From assembly GCA_051294375.1 (NCBI GenBank), contig CM119263.1, positions 30,988,053-31,052,052 on the forward strand: a stretch of 64,000 nucleotides of DNA. Direction: 5' to 3'. The DNA is from Paraspadella gotoi. Taxonomy: Eukaryota; Animalia; Chaetognatha. The notes under the pieces are model-generated. The model worked only from the letters and a program-made list of their open reading frames with translations. It did not search any database and was not told the DNA's origin. Shown one piece after another: positions 47,257 to 60,200 of this stretch (its first letter is position 1; each line of letters opens with the position of its first letter). The position numbers were made by a program, and so were the translations under genes.

Positions 47257-47644
47257 AGATAAGGATTTGGCTCGAGGACGCCGGCCAACGATGGAGATGA
47301 ACGGCTCTGAGGATTCTTGGGATGAATGGAATTAGGAGTTAGGAGGGTTTAATGAAGTGCGACTTATCTGGCGTTAAACTTTAGGGTTATAATTTTTATA
47401 ATTTAAAGAGTGCCGGTCGAGCCATAAACGATTTTAGTGAAAATCCATCTCCCTCGAGAATTTGAGTTGGTTCCTGTCATTGTTTTCTCCGTCGAAAAAA
47501 AGTCATCGTCTAATTTTAATTCAATTCACTTCCTCATCTCTTCCTCTCCTTGTTGTTGTTTTGTTTTTCAGAGTCTTTCCTCTACTATAAGGATTTGGCG
47601 TGAACGCCATCTTTTTCTAAAAACTAGGAGACGTGGACTGGCCG

Positions 47645-49305
47645 ATGATGAAGCACTCGGAGGTTTGGGAGATTGACAATTTTTCATGGCTTTCGCGCGA
47701 GACGAAAGTCTTGAGAAGTCGCACCTTCATCGCCGGTGCAGGCGAGTGGAGAATCAAGCTCTTTCCTTTCGGTGACGGAGTTGGAAGTGGAGCGGGCGGT
47801 GCAGCCGTCGGCGGAGCGGGCAGAAAAGCGAGCGGCGGAGTGCTAATTAAAAATAACGAGGAGTTCGTTTCTGTCTACCTCCAACTCGTTGGTCGGACGA
47901 CGATGACGACAACAACAGCAACGAAAAAGAGAAAATCTTCTGCTTCTTTCGGAATTAGATCTTCTTTCAGGTTAGTATTATAATACATATTTATTGTTAT
48001 ATGTTTTTATCTTTTTTAACTCTCATTTGCATCCTTTGTTTGAGCTCTTATAATCACGTATTTTATTCATGTATACTTAACCTTCAGCTTCACCCTCAGT
48101 GTAACATGACCGTACAAACTTAAAATGAATTCGCCGCTTTAGTTTCTTCGTTTTGGACGCTTCGGGCGCCGTCCTTTGGTCTCAGAAATCGGCGGGCTAC
48201 TCAGCGAAGGAGCGCCGCTTCTGCTTCGACGCTTCCAACGGCCGATCCAAGATGTTCGGCTATCGACAGTTCCTCTCACGAAGTCGATTCAATATCGTCT
48301 TCCCTCCCGCCGGAAAGCTCACGCTCAGGTGGCTGCGAAACCCATCGCTTTCTTTCACGAATAATTTTAAGTTTAAACCAATATTTAAAACATGTTATGT
48401 TTCTAATTTAATAAATATCTGTTCAGATGCGATCTCAAGATTGGCAAGACGGCGGACGACGAGGAATCCATAACAACAACAACGAGAGATTTTTCTTGTC
48501 TCTTCGATTTGGTGAATCGAGATACGACGGAGGAAGCAGAAGAAGAAGAGGATAAGAAGGTGAAATTGGCCGACATTGGATTCGTTGTCGATGGCATCGA
48601 GATTAAGGCGCACAAGGTGAGGAAACGTTAAGCATGGGATCTTTTTTTTTTAATTATAAAATTATTATAATTAGGACTACTCGGGCAATAATTGAAAATT
48701 AACTTGTATTGTTATTTAAAATACTAATGAATGGCTGGTATGAGTGCTTTTCTTTAATAATTTTTATGATTTCATGTAACATCCAAGATACAAGGATATA
48801 ATGCCAATAAGAATATAAAATGTAGATTTTTACTGAATTCGGTAACATGCAAATGAGATAAAAGGGCTCTTTTTTTCTCAACGTCTTCAGACTATCCTGA
48901 GCAAACGGTCGAAAGCCTTCAAAGATCTTTTTGACTCTTTCCCCGATCGAGATCGTTTCGCCGTCGACTCCGCTTTTCCTTTCGATCTCCGCCTTTCTGA
49001 AGATGCCTTGAAGGTTAGGCCTACTTTTCAACGACGAATAAACAAAGCGACTTTTTTGTTTTATGTATAAAGACTTAAAATCGTTCAAGGATACCCTCCG
49101 CTGGATCTACGCGGACACGCCCACTGTCCTGACCGCCCCCTTCAACCGCTTCCGCCGCCTCTGGTCACTCAACGTGGAGCGACTGGCGACGATGATGATC
49201 GCCGGACGAAACTACAAGATGAGCGACCTCGTCGCCGCCTGCGAATCGAAACTCATCCAAGTCTTCCGACTCCGCAGCAAACGCACCTTGTGCAAGTGCA
49301 AGTGA
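47645..49305 (+). CDS. Divergent MATH-BTB (SPOP-like) Cullin-3 adaptor
   Basis: Phase-consistent exons 47645-47970, 48143-48328, 48427-48616, 48891-49013, 49090-49305. MATH domain: WEIDNFS, WRIKLFPFG, FVSVYLQL, MFGYRQFL, KLTLRCDLKI. BTB domain: ADIGFVVDGIEIKAHKTILSKRSKAF, LRWIY, YKMSDLVAACESKL. Confidence 0.85.
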
Positions 49306-49444
49306 GGACCTATTCTTCAAGAGGACTAAAGGGGTCTTAGCAGACAGTTGGTGACATCAGTAGGCCGATGCACCACTGTAACTCTCGCGGTTTCTGAGTA
49401 GAAGAAGCACTGAAAGTTACGTACCGAAATTCTAAAAGTCAATT

Positions 49445-49935
49445 ATGAACAACATACCATCAGTGAACATTAATTTGTAAAAAAAATTAATTTTGTTTTT
49501 TAATTTTCGCAATAGGCTATATTTATATATAGTACTATCCTTATAAAATCGAAAAATGTAAAAATTTTGATTGCAGATTTGAATTCCTCGTCAAAAGTTG
49601 ATAAAAGAAAATATAAATCATTTTTAAAAATTCTTTCATTAAGTGGGTTAAAAATTAAAAAAACTATATTTAATATATAAAAAGTTAATTTTCAGCTTAA
49701 AATATAGCTTTTTCTAATTTTTGACCCACCTAATAAAGGAATTTTTCAAAAAGTTATATCTTTTTATCAACTTTTTATGACGAATCCAAATCTGCAAAAA
49801 AATCTTAGAAAAAACTTTTTGAAATTGTAACATTTATTGGATTAGTACTAGTATAAATATGGCCTACTGCATAAATTGTAAAATTTATTATAAAGTTTTT
49901 TATACATAAATGTTCATTAGTATAATGTTGTTCAT
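49445..49935. mobile_element. Foldback (palindromic) MITE-like element, ~490 bp
   Basis: The arms pair along their length: ATGAACAACAT/ATGTTGTTCAT, TTGCAGATTTGAATTCCTCGTCAAAAGTTGATAAAAGA vs TCTTTTTATCAACTTTTTATGACGAATCCAAATCTGCAA, and GTGGGTTAAAAATTA vs TAATTTTTGACCCAC. Centre ~49685. Confidence 0.8.
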
Positions 49936-51480
49936 TCCTCACCTTTAAAATTTTAATTAAAGTTAATTTAAGAAATTTTACTACGCCTTACTGAACAAGC
50001 TTCGGTCGGCAGTAATATGCGGGAGGCCAAAAGTCCGGCCAATGTCATGTACAACTAACTGAATGGTAAGACAATCAGGTAAATGTGGTAACAAGAACCA
50101 AAGAGCTACAGCAAATAAAACTGTAAAGTAAAATGAGGCACAAACCATAAATAAGGCACATAATAAAGTAAACGTAAAAGTAATAAAACCAAATATGAGT
50201 TCGTGAATCGCAGATGAACGGAGGCAGACGATCCCGAAAGAGAGAAGCCATGAACGTGACCGTAACAGCTGTTGAGTTGGAATCGGTCGTCAAATGGTCC
50301 ATTCTGATTCTGGCTTATCTGTTTAGAGTGATAATAATTATACTGTTGAATATTGATTCATTAATCATTATCCATCGAACTCTCTCTCCATTCAAGTCTG
50401 AAGCGAAATGGAAAAGCGACTCGCGATGAGGATTTTTTTCACTTCGACGACAAACCCTTCGCTCTCGACAAAATGGCGGGCATCGCTTCCCTCGTCAGCG
50501 CCGCGAGATTGGGAGCCTATCTAGAGTCTTGTCGGACGGCGAGGCGCTCGGAGTGAGGAGGGTTTGACCGAGAGGAAAGTCTGATGAATGGGAGGAAAAG
50601 CCAAGAAGGGAGAGAAAAGAAAATAGTAGGAGAGAAGATAGAAAATCGAAGCCTGATGTTCGATGGCGGAAGTCGGAAAGACTTTCTAGTTTCACTTTCC
50701 AGTTTTTTCGATTCCGACGAAGCGAATTTATTTTTAAATTCGTCATTTTCATTTTTCAATCGTCGCTTTTGTGATTGGTGTTTTTTTTTCGCTCAACCTA
50801 AAATTAAAATTGTTTCGTGATTATGTTCTCATAATTTTAAATTCTTTGATCTTTTTTTAATTCGAATTAAGTTCAACTCAAAGTTGAATTTTGTTTTTTT
50901 GTATATAATTTTTTGAACAACAAACTCTTGCTTTCGTTGTATTTTGAATGAAAAAAATATTTGTTTCTTACTTTCTGTAATAATTTTACTACGGATGCCA
51001 ATCGCTTTTTTCGTTTTTGGTGCAATAGTTTTGCTTTTTTTTTTTCATTTTTAGGAGGCAAAGTAAGATCAATTATCGCGGAATTATATTCGGATCCTCG
51101 CTGACGTCACCAGAAACGATAATAGCGTGTTATCGTGTTTGGTGGGAATATTCGCCTAAGATGCATAATAATAAAATTAAAGATAGGGGTTAATGTAGTA
51201 TGGCCGCTTTGTAGAGTTATCGAATGACAAGATCGAGCGGAAATCTTTATAACGATTCACGATTTTGAATTAAAGTTAACGTCCGAAATATAAATTTATT
51301 CGTGCACCTCATTACAGTCTGATCGTTAGATGTAGCGGTATTTAACTTTTTAAAAGCTAAGAAGAAGAATAAACTCCAAAAATGAGTCGAACTTAGAGGA
51401 AGAAAAAAAGACAAAGGAGCAAAAAAGAAAGAAAAACAAATATTTTTCCTCCGACAAAAGAGCAACTCGTCTCGAGGAAA

Positions 51481-54400
51481 ATGGCGGACGAGGTGACGCT
51501 CATAGCCTCCGATAAAAAATACCGTCAGTACATGACGGAAGTTGAGAGGGCGCTCCGGGCTTTCGAGTACACGAGCGAGTGGGCGGACCTTATCGCCGCT
51601 CTGGGCAGACTCAACAAAGTCCTCCTGCAGAACAACAAATATCAGGTTGATGTCCCGCCTCTGAAACCTTTTTCTCGGTTCCGACGATGGAGCCTTCCCC
51701 TGCCTTCCTCATTTCGCCCTCACCATCACCTTTTTTTCAGGTCGTGCCGCGTCGTCACGTGATCGGAAAACGTTTGGCCCAGTGCCTTCACCCGGCCCTT
51801 CCATCCGGGGTTCACCTCAAGTGCCTCGAGACTTACGATATCATTTTTCAGGTGCGAACATCAATTCCCTTACGTTTAATGGTAACGGAGATCACCTTAA
51901 CCTCCTTTGTTTTCATGTAGGCCATAGGGAAAGACAAATTGGTCGAAGATCTTTTCATTTACGGATCCGGCATCTTCCCTCTCCTCGGTCAGTCTGTCAT
52001 TCTATCTTTTTTCAAATTCCATATCTCTACTCTTTCCACTTTTTACGCTCAATTCTCTCCTCCCCCCCTCCCCCCGCTTCAAATCAGGTCAAGCGGCGAT
52101 GAACGTGAAACCGATGCTGTTAACGGTTATAGAGACTCACCTCCTCAGTCTGGGCACGATGCTGCGACCCGCACTGACCGGCATGGTGGTAGGGCTATTA
52201 CCCGGTCTAGAGGAAGGGGCAGAGACCTACGACAGAGTCAACTCGCTGCTGGAGAAAATCTCCGTCGGCGTCGGACTCTCCTATTTTTACTCCGCCATTT
52301 GGGAGGCGATGTTGCTTTCTGCCTCCGTCAGATGTCAGGGTGAGTCTCGGGGAGAGGGTGGGAAATGATATCTGGGTATGCATTCATTTAATAATGCAAT
52401 ATGTTTTGATTTAATTCCAGCGGCGGCCTTCGTCATGTTGCATTTCAACAAGAAACAATCGTTAGACGATCAACTCTTCCTCATCGGAAGGAATCCCAGC
52501 GTCATGGTACAGGTGATATTCTTTCGATGGTGAAGTTGATATTTCCTTCATGATTTTTCTGTCAAAATCTCGCGTTTGCCTTTCGATTCTGATCTTAATT
52601 GGCGATCGATCTTATTCAATCGCAGGCAATCAGTTCCGCCCTGTTGGACCCAAACATTTTGGTGCAACGAAGCGTCCTCGACGTTTTGCTTCTTTGCTTT
52701 CCTCTTCACAGTCCTCATCTCACTAAACAGGTAGAGACTCGTTTAATCAGACCCAGAATTCCCAATTCTTTCATTTCTCCAACGTTCCTTCCTTCTTCTT
52801 CTCCCACAGGATCACCTCCAACACATGCTGGCCTCTCTCAAAGTTCTGCTCCGTCGAGACATGTCGCTCAATCGAAGGCTCTACGCTTGGCTCTTGGGAA
52901 CGGATTCCAATGGAGTCTCGCTGCTTCCAGGTTATTGTTTAAGGCGTCCTCTTGCTTTAAAACTTAAACCGCTTTGTTAATCATATGATTCTTGGTCGTT
53001 TTTTCAGTGAATTTTCAGTTGTCTTTGGCGAAGAAGAGACAGGCTCCTGGAGCGGGCAACGACGCCGCTTCCGATGTCGCCTCCAACGCCGCCTCCAACG
53101 CCTCCAAGAGCGCTCCCTCCATCAAGAATGCGACGCCGTCCTCTGCCTCCACCGCCAAAGATCAGCCGATCGGTGTCCCCGCCTTTCACTACCTCGAAGT
53201 CTACAGCAAAGATCTCTTGGTTCAAGCCTTGGTTCAGGTCCGGAGACAGGAAAAGAGAAGTAAAAAGAAAGGAAATCAGTCGCGAAAAAGAAAAAGGAAA
53301 AACTGGTTTTAATAGAGAAGAGGGCGATGGAAGATTATAATTCATAAAACGATAAGGAAGATAAGTAAGAAAGACTTTATTAAAATTCATTAGTTTGTTT
53401 GTTTGTTTGTCCTATGGCAAACCGAGACAAAAAACTAAAACTTCAATCCTTGCCAAAATATATACTATATCTCTCCCGTTTTCCAGCTGGCTCGCAATCC
53501 GGAGGCCTGGGCGACCCCTTCCACCCTGGAGCATCACCGGGAGTCGTCCTCGACGCCCGCGTCAACCAGCGTCGCAGAGAGACTCAAGCTCTTTAGGATC
53601 CTCATGACTCTGCTGGAGAAACCGGAGATCGGGCCGCTAATCATCGAGGGCAAGTCTAATCATAGTGATGAAGAATCGGTCTTGTTGTTGTTGTTGTATG
53701 ATAAAGATCAAATGAATGTTATAACTTCCGCATGTTTCTTTAGACGTCCTCATCGAAATATTCCGCTTTCTCTACTCCCTCTGCCTGGAGGAGCAACGGA
53801 ACGCCCAACAGGAGCGGGAAGGGCACGATTGGTCGGAGGGAAAGCTCACGCTCCAGGTTTGTAAAACCGTTGTGCTAGCTTCGAACAACGTTTCCTTTGT
53901 TTAGTCAAGCTGCTTATGAGTAATGCCGATAAGAAAGGATTTTTCGGCGCCGTTTTTAGGTAGAGGTGTCAGATGTGCGGCGATGGCGGCGCCGATGGTT
54001 GCTCGATGCTTTGGAAAGAGTATGGCGAAAACCCTCGCACTCTCATTCGATGTGGTACCTCGTGGTCAGGAAGATTCGCTTAGCCTCTTCTTTTCCGCAT
54101 GAGTTGATTATTTATCATTTGTCTCTATTTTCTGACTCGCGATTAATTTTTCGTCCAAGAAATACTGAAATTTCGCTTTAAATCATTTTCAATTCTGTTA
54201 TTCTTTTATTTTATTTTCATTTCATTTTTTTCTCTCTCTCTCCACCCCGCTCCCGGCCAGCCAATCGCCAGCACCCACTCCTCCCCCCACCATCTGGTCG
54301 CCGGGAGCGAGGTGGTCAAGACGGCCAACCTTCTCTTCAGCAGCTTCGAACCTTATTACATGTGGGATTACCTGGGTCGACTCTTTTTCGCCGCCTGTCA

Positions 54401-56316
54401 CTACGCCGACGATCCCGACGACGCAAAGTCCGATTACGGTCAGAGACTCAGAATCGAGGATAGCTTTTGGACATTCTCGATGCTTTGGTTCCGCTTTATT
54501 ATTAATGTGTTGCATCCTATTTGCAGGTCAGTTGCCATGGGAACAAGAGACGATCTCTCGTTTGCGAGGAAAAGCGAACATAATGGAATTGTGCGATCTT
54601 GTCTCTTTCTTGTTGGACAACGCGTCGTTGGAGACCTACACGGGTGAGGGATCAGTTTTATTTATTTAATTTCTTTAAAATTTATGTTATGTCACTTTGT
54701 TCCTTTGTTTAAACTTTAGAAACTCAGACGGAGCACCTCCCGTCGCTGTTGTATCACATCATCAGCGCCATCACTCGGTTCGTCAACGCGTTGAACGACA
54801 GAGAATTGACGGCCTCTCTCGGCCTCTGTATGAAACTCTTGGGGAAGGTCATGCCCAGCATGTCGACGGGGCAAGGTGAGTGCGTTTGGCTTAGGACAGA
54901 TAGGGAGATTAAAATGTCGGATTAATTATTCCTATCAGATTCGCATTCGCCCTCCGTCGAAGGCGCCACCATCAACGCCTCCTCGGATGACGTCGCTGCT
55001 GTCGAGACGCCGAAAGGAAAAAATAGCGCCGCCGCATCTTCGACGCCGAGACCCAACAGAAAGAATCTAGCTCCTGAGCCTCCTAACGTCTCCGTCAATG
55101 CGTCGACGCCACCGAGAAACGACGCCGGATCCGTGAGGGCGCCGGGTAAGGTCGAGGAAGGTGAGTTTTTTGACATCCTCTTTATATCTTGATTCTCTCT
55201 TATTCAAGGGTCTCCGTCACGCCTGACCCATCCGCCGCCCGTTCCGTCGCCCATCAAGACTTTCGCGGGGTCAGCGTCTCCTCTCATGCCTTCCGTCGGA
55301 AATTCCCCCGAAAAGATTCAAATCGTGAGTCAAAAATCGAGGGAATTTTCGTGATTAAAGGAATTTTAAAGATTCTTCTTTCAATTTCCAGATGGAAGTG
55401 GAAAACCTTTCCCCTCAAGATCTCCTTCAAGCTTGCATCTTGAGTTTCCACGAGTTTTTCTCCACTCTCGTCATCAAAAAGATTTTTAGACAAAAGGTTT
55501 GGTTTTCTCGTATTTTCGTATTTTCACGACGCCTGTTATGAAATGTTTTAATTTGTTTCTTAGCGATTGTCGGGTTTTATAACTGTAAACTTTAATGTGA
55601 CAATACAAACTTGGAAACTTGTAAAAACGTAGTTTCAAGCGGGCGATACGATTTAATGAGTTCAAGCGAAAACTAAATGTGGTTTAAATTTCTCTCTCAA
55701 AAAACGGGGCTGTGACTCATTGACCATAAAAAGTAAAAGTCTCTAAATTTGACAACGATTAAACTTGTGGAAAAAGAGAGTCGGGCCGAAACATCTTTCA
55801 CACGTATTGTTTTTAAACTCTTTTATTTTCTTTCTAGGAAATTCTCTCCCAATGTTTGGAACTTCTCTCCGCTTCCTCCTCCGCCACGGCCTCTACCTTG
55901 GCGCTGCAGAGACAGGACGTGACCCGCGTCGCAACGGGTGCCAAGGGCGCCTTTTACGTGAGCGAGGCGGCGCCGGGTCGAACCGACGGATCCGCTTTCA
56001 CCGAAGCCTTCGCTCTCGCCTGTCAACTCCTCGTCGAGTTCAGCTCCTTTCCCCGCTATCAGTCCTCGTTGCCGCCCGTAGGATTTTTTTCATAAGAAAA
56101 TTGAAATAAATAATCAAATTAAACATTAAATATTTCCTTCTCACGCCAGGATTTCTTCTCGCCGGCCGGGAGCGGCGCCGGTCTGGAATCCCTCCCCAAT
56201 TGGGCCAAATGTTTGTTGGCGACTTCTTGTTTCGTCGATTCCTTCCCCGTCCAGAAGTCGGCCATCGCCACCACGCTAGATCTGGTGACTCTCACGCAGA
56301 CCGTCCTGGCGCAGCA

Positions 56317-56354
<38 letters not shown>

Positions 56355-57243
56355 TTTGTGTTAATAGATTCTCTCTTTTCCTCCTCCTCTTTTAAGGCGG
56401 CGGCAGCGGCGGCGGCGTCATCGCCTTCGTCCCTTCAGATCGCAGATGCGTCGTCGGTCGGCAACGTGAGCGTCGTCCTCAATCCCGCCCTCTCGGTCGC
56501 CGATCTCGAGAATCTCGCCAACAACTCGAGGTGGGCGTGGTCGCTTCACATAAATCAATTAATAAATCAATCCAATTTTCTTCCAGGTATTTTTCCCTCG
56601 TCGCTTACGAACTCTGGCGATGGATGAGCGACGATCTCTCCGATCGGCACCGCACGGCCGTCGAACTCCTCGTCACTTTACATCAGGTGCGTTGAAGGGA
56701 ATCCTTAGATAAGGATGACGATGACGATGATCCTTCGTCTTCTCCAAGGTCTCTCCCTCGCCCCGCATCTGCGAGGACATCATCTCCTCCGCCATGTCCT
56801 CCCCCGACATTGTCCATCGCCTGGCCGGTTTCAAAAAGTTCTTCTCCGCCTGGCACCTGACAAGGGAGCTCCGCCTGCCGGCGACGCCGTCTCTCCCGTC
56901 GTCTTCGCCGTCGCCGCGAAGCCGCGTCTCCGGCGTCGCGGCGAAACCTTCGATGGCGGGAGAGGCGCCGCTGCCGAGGACGTTTCATCGCTCGTTGCTG
57001 CTGGGTGAGTAAAGAACTTTCTTCACTAACTTAACCGATTTAACTTACCATTTCTCTTCTTTTAGGTCTCGACGCCCTCGACAACCCGGCTGACCCGTGT
57101 CGTGGCCTAAGTCTCACGTGGTTGACCCATGCAGTGCAGCGTGGCGACGTAGCGCGAATCCTGGAGCCGCTGCTGCTCATCCTGCTGCACCCTGACACGG
57201 CGAGGATCTCGGTGCAGCATGTCCAGTTGGCGCCTCCGACGGT

Positions 57244-57276
<33 letters not shown>

Positions 57277-60200
57277 GAGACGTTTCTTTCTTTCATTTTT
57301 CGTTTTTCGTCCGCCAGGCAACGATCCTCACCAGATGTCACCAGGGGCCGATTTCCTCGAAGTCGAAGAGGACGCGACCTTCTTTGACGTCAACGTCTCC
57401 CGATCTAATCGAGGCCTTCGTCTATAACCTCTCGTCGAGAGACGGTGACACTACCACCACCTCAATCTTGCACTTGGCGCTCGCCGCCAACTTCAGCACC
57501 TTGAAGGATCAGTTGGCCATCGCGCCTGCGAGAGTGAGTTGCTATTTTCTAGTTGCTATTTGTTGTTCGAAATGGATGCAAAGTTTGAAACAATGAATTG
57601 GCTAAATAAAAAAATGCATCCTCCCTTTTTTTCGCAGACCCCAGGAGTCGATCCCAAAGCCTTGACGGCCACCGACGTGAAGATCGAGGCGGTGGTGGCC
57701 CGCGTGAAGACGGTCGGTACCGGGGAGTCGGGCGAAGGCGTCGTGCCCGGACCTGCCGACGTCACAGTCTGGATCGGAGGAGCTCAGTACATTCTGCCCA
57801 AAGATCTCTTCGGAAACTCGGGACGGGTAATGTTTTAAAGACTGGATGGGTTAGCGCTGCAGCTGTTGTTGTTACCCCAGTGCGACTGCTTCTGTTGTTT
57901 GTTGTCATGGAAACGCTTTTTATCTTAGACGGAACGTCCGAGACAAAACGGAAACGGGACGGAGGCCCTTTTCGACGATGGCGAAGCAAACGATGGAACC
58001 GACATCCAAATCAAGGTGCACCATTTGGAGAGATGATAATTTTCTTATAATAAAGTAAATTTCGTTCAGTGAAACGAACCGATCATAATTTTGCTTCCAT
58101 ATCTTGTATCGAAACGTAAAAACCAACGATTTTTAACCTCGCATTGTCCTTTTTGTTAAGGTTGATCACTTCGTGGACAGCCACTCCTCGGCCGTCGACA
58201 CCTCGAGCGATGAATCCGACGTCATTACCGACGAAAAGCGGACGCGCGGACGCGAAGGCGGCGTCACCGTCTCCATCCCTCACTCGCGGACGACGACCTT
58301 CAAAGAGGCGGAGTTAGCGAGGAACACCAGCGGATCCTTTGGAGGTGGTTTCGATTGTAGACAAGTGAGGTGAGGTTGATTCCTTGAAAACTTACTTTTT
58401 TTGTTCTCGGATGCCGCAGCCGGCGGTCGACTGGATATGCCGGCCAAGGGTCGTTCCATCTCCGCTTCGACGCCGACGCTCAACACCGACGGCGGATCCA
58501 ACCCGGAATCCGCTCAACCGGGAAAACCGGCGCTGCCTTCCATCCACAGGTTTGTTTATTATTTAAATTTAGATATATGTTTATTATTTAGTAATTGAGT
58601 TCTTTTCTTTCATCTCAGTCACATGCTGCTCTACTCCCAACTCTACGATACCCAACGATCTCTCTACGCGTTACTTAAACTTCGCTCGATGATCACCGCC
58701 AGTCCGCGTCTCTTCCTTTGCGCCATAGGTATAAGTTAACGATCGATTTATTTATTCATTCATTCATTCATTCATTCATTCATTTATTCATTCATTTCGT
58801 TCGCAGCGACGAAGAACATGTCGGCTTCGACGACGCCATTCCTCGCTCAAATCCAGTCCCTACTTTCCCGCCACCGCAACGCCATTTTCGGTCGTAATTT
58901 TTACGGGTCGTTGCAGCAGCCCGACACCACCTTCAGGAACTCCATGTACTTGGAGGTCCTCATCTCTTTGCTGCTCTATTACATCCGGGGATACTTTCCT
59001 AATTTGCTCAGCGAAAGGTGAGGCGAAAGGTTAATCCCCTTGTGAGAAGTTGTTGTTCTCAATTGACTTACTTTCAGGGTGAGTCGCGCCGACGTCATTG
59101 GCAACAAACAAGTGCAAACCATCTCCGCCGAAGTTCTTTCTCTTCTTCTCTCGGAATTGGTCACGATCGGTTTGTTGAACATAGTGTAGTGTAAAAAAAG
59201 ACTAAAACAATTATAAAAAATATATTGTACCTAAAAAACCTAAATTATTCTTATTCTATTCTACTTTTTGTTTAGTGCGCGAGAGCGGTAGTGGATTCGC
59301 GACTTACATCAACGACGTCCTCGCCAGATGCAAAGTCCAAAAGGCCGTTCTCCATTGCCTTTCCGCCTCCGTCTACAACACGCGCAATCCTCGTCAGAAT
59401 CGCGAGCAGGTGGAGGACGACGTCCTTACGCGGCCTTCGACTTTGCAGATAATCTGCTTCATCTTTCATTTTCCCGCGCAATTTGCAGGAAGCGACGACG
59501 ATTTGGTCTCACACTCTCACCGAATCAATCGTCTATTTTAACGAGGAAATTCTTGATAATCAAATCGTAGAAGCTTATCAGGTCAGCTTAGGAAATTAAT
59601 GTTAAATTTAAGCGTGATTAAATTAAATATAATGTTAAAAAATCTGAAGTATTCTTTTCTTCCAACTCCTCTTTCATCAGATGCAACTTCTTCGTCTCGT
59701 CCTTTCCATCATGATCTTGGAGGATCAGCTGGTCTCGTTGAAGGCGACGGGCATCACTGGTTCGAGCCTCTCCGCCGTCGGAAAGGTAAAGAAGCGGATC
59801 GATCAGACGAGACGGCGAATGTCGTCGTCGTCGTCGTCCCCGCCCAAGTCTGCCGCGAGCGGCTCCAGTAAAGGCATGCGGTCTAAAAAGGGCAGAGTGA
59901 GTCCTTTCCTTTATTGAGAATAATTTAAATAAAAGTGAGGATGTTTTGTTCGCTCCTCACGCTTCGTTGTTTCATTTCGTTCGCTTCTAACACTATTTTC
60001 TTTGTTTCTCCCTAATTCTGACGTTCATTTGTTTGTCATTCGTCCCTCCTCAAGACGACGCCAGCGCCGCCCTCCGTCACCGGCGGCAACTTCAACACTG
60101 TCTCCGGCGTCGACGTCGATAAATCAAAGACCGGCGCCACTCAATCCGTTCCGACGTCGGGAAGTTCCGCCAAATACGTTCCCGGGGTCCCGTGCGCGCA

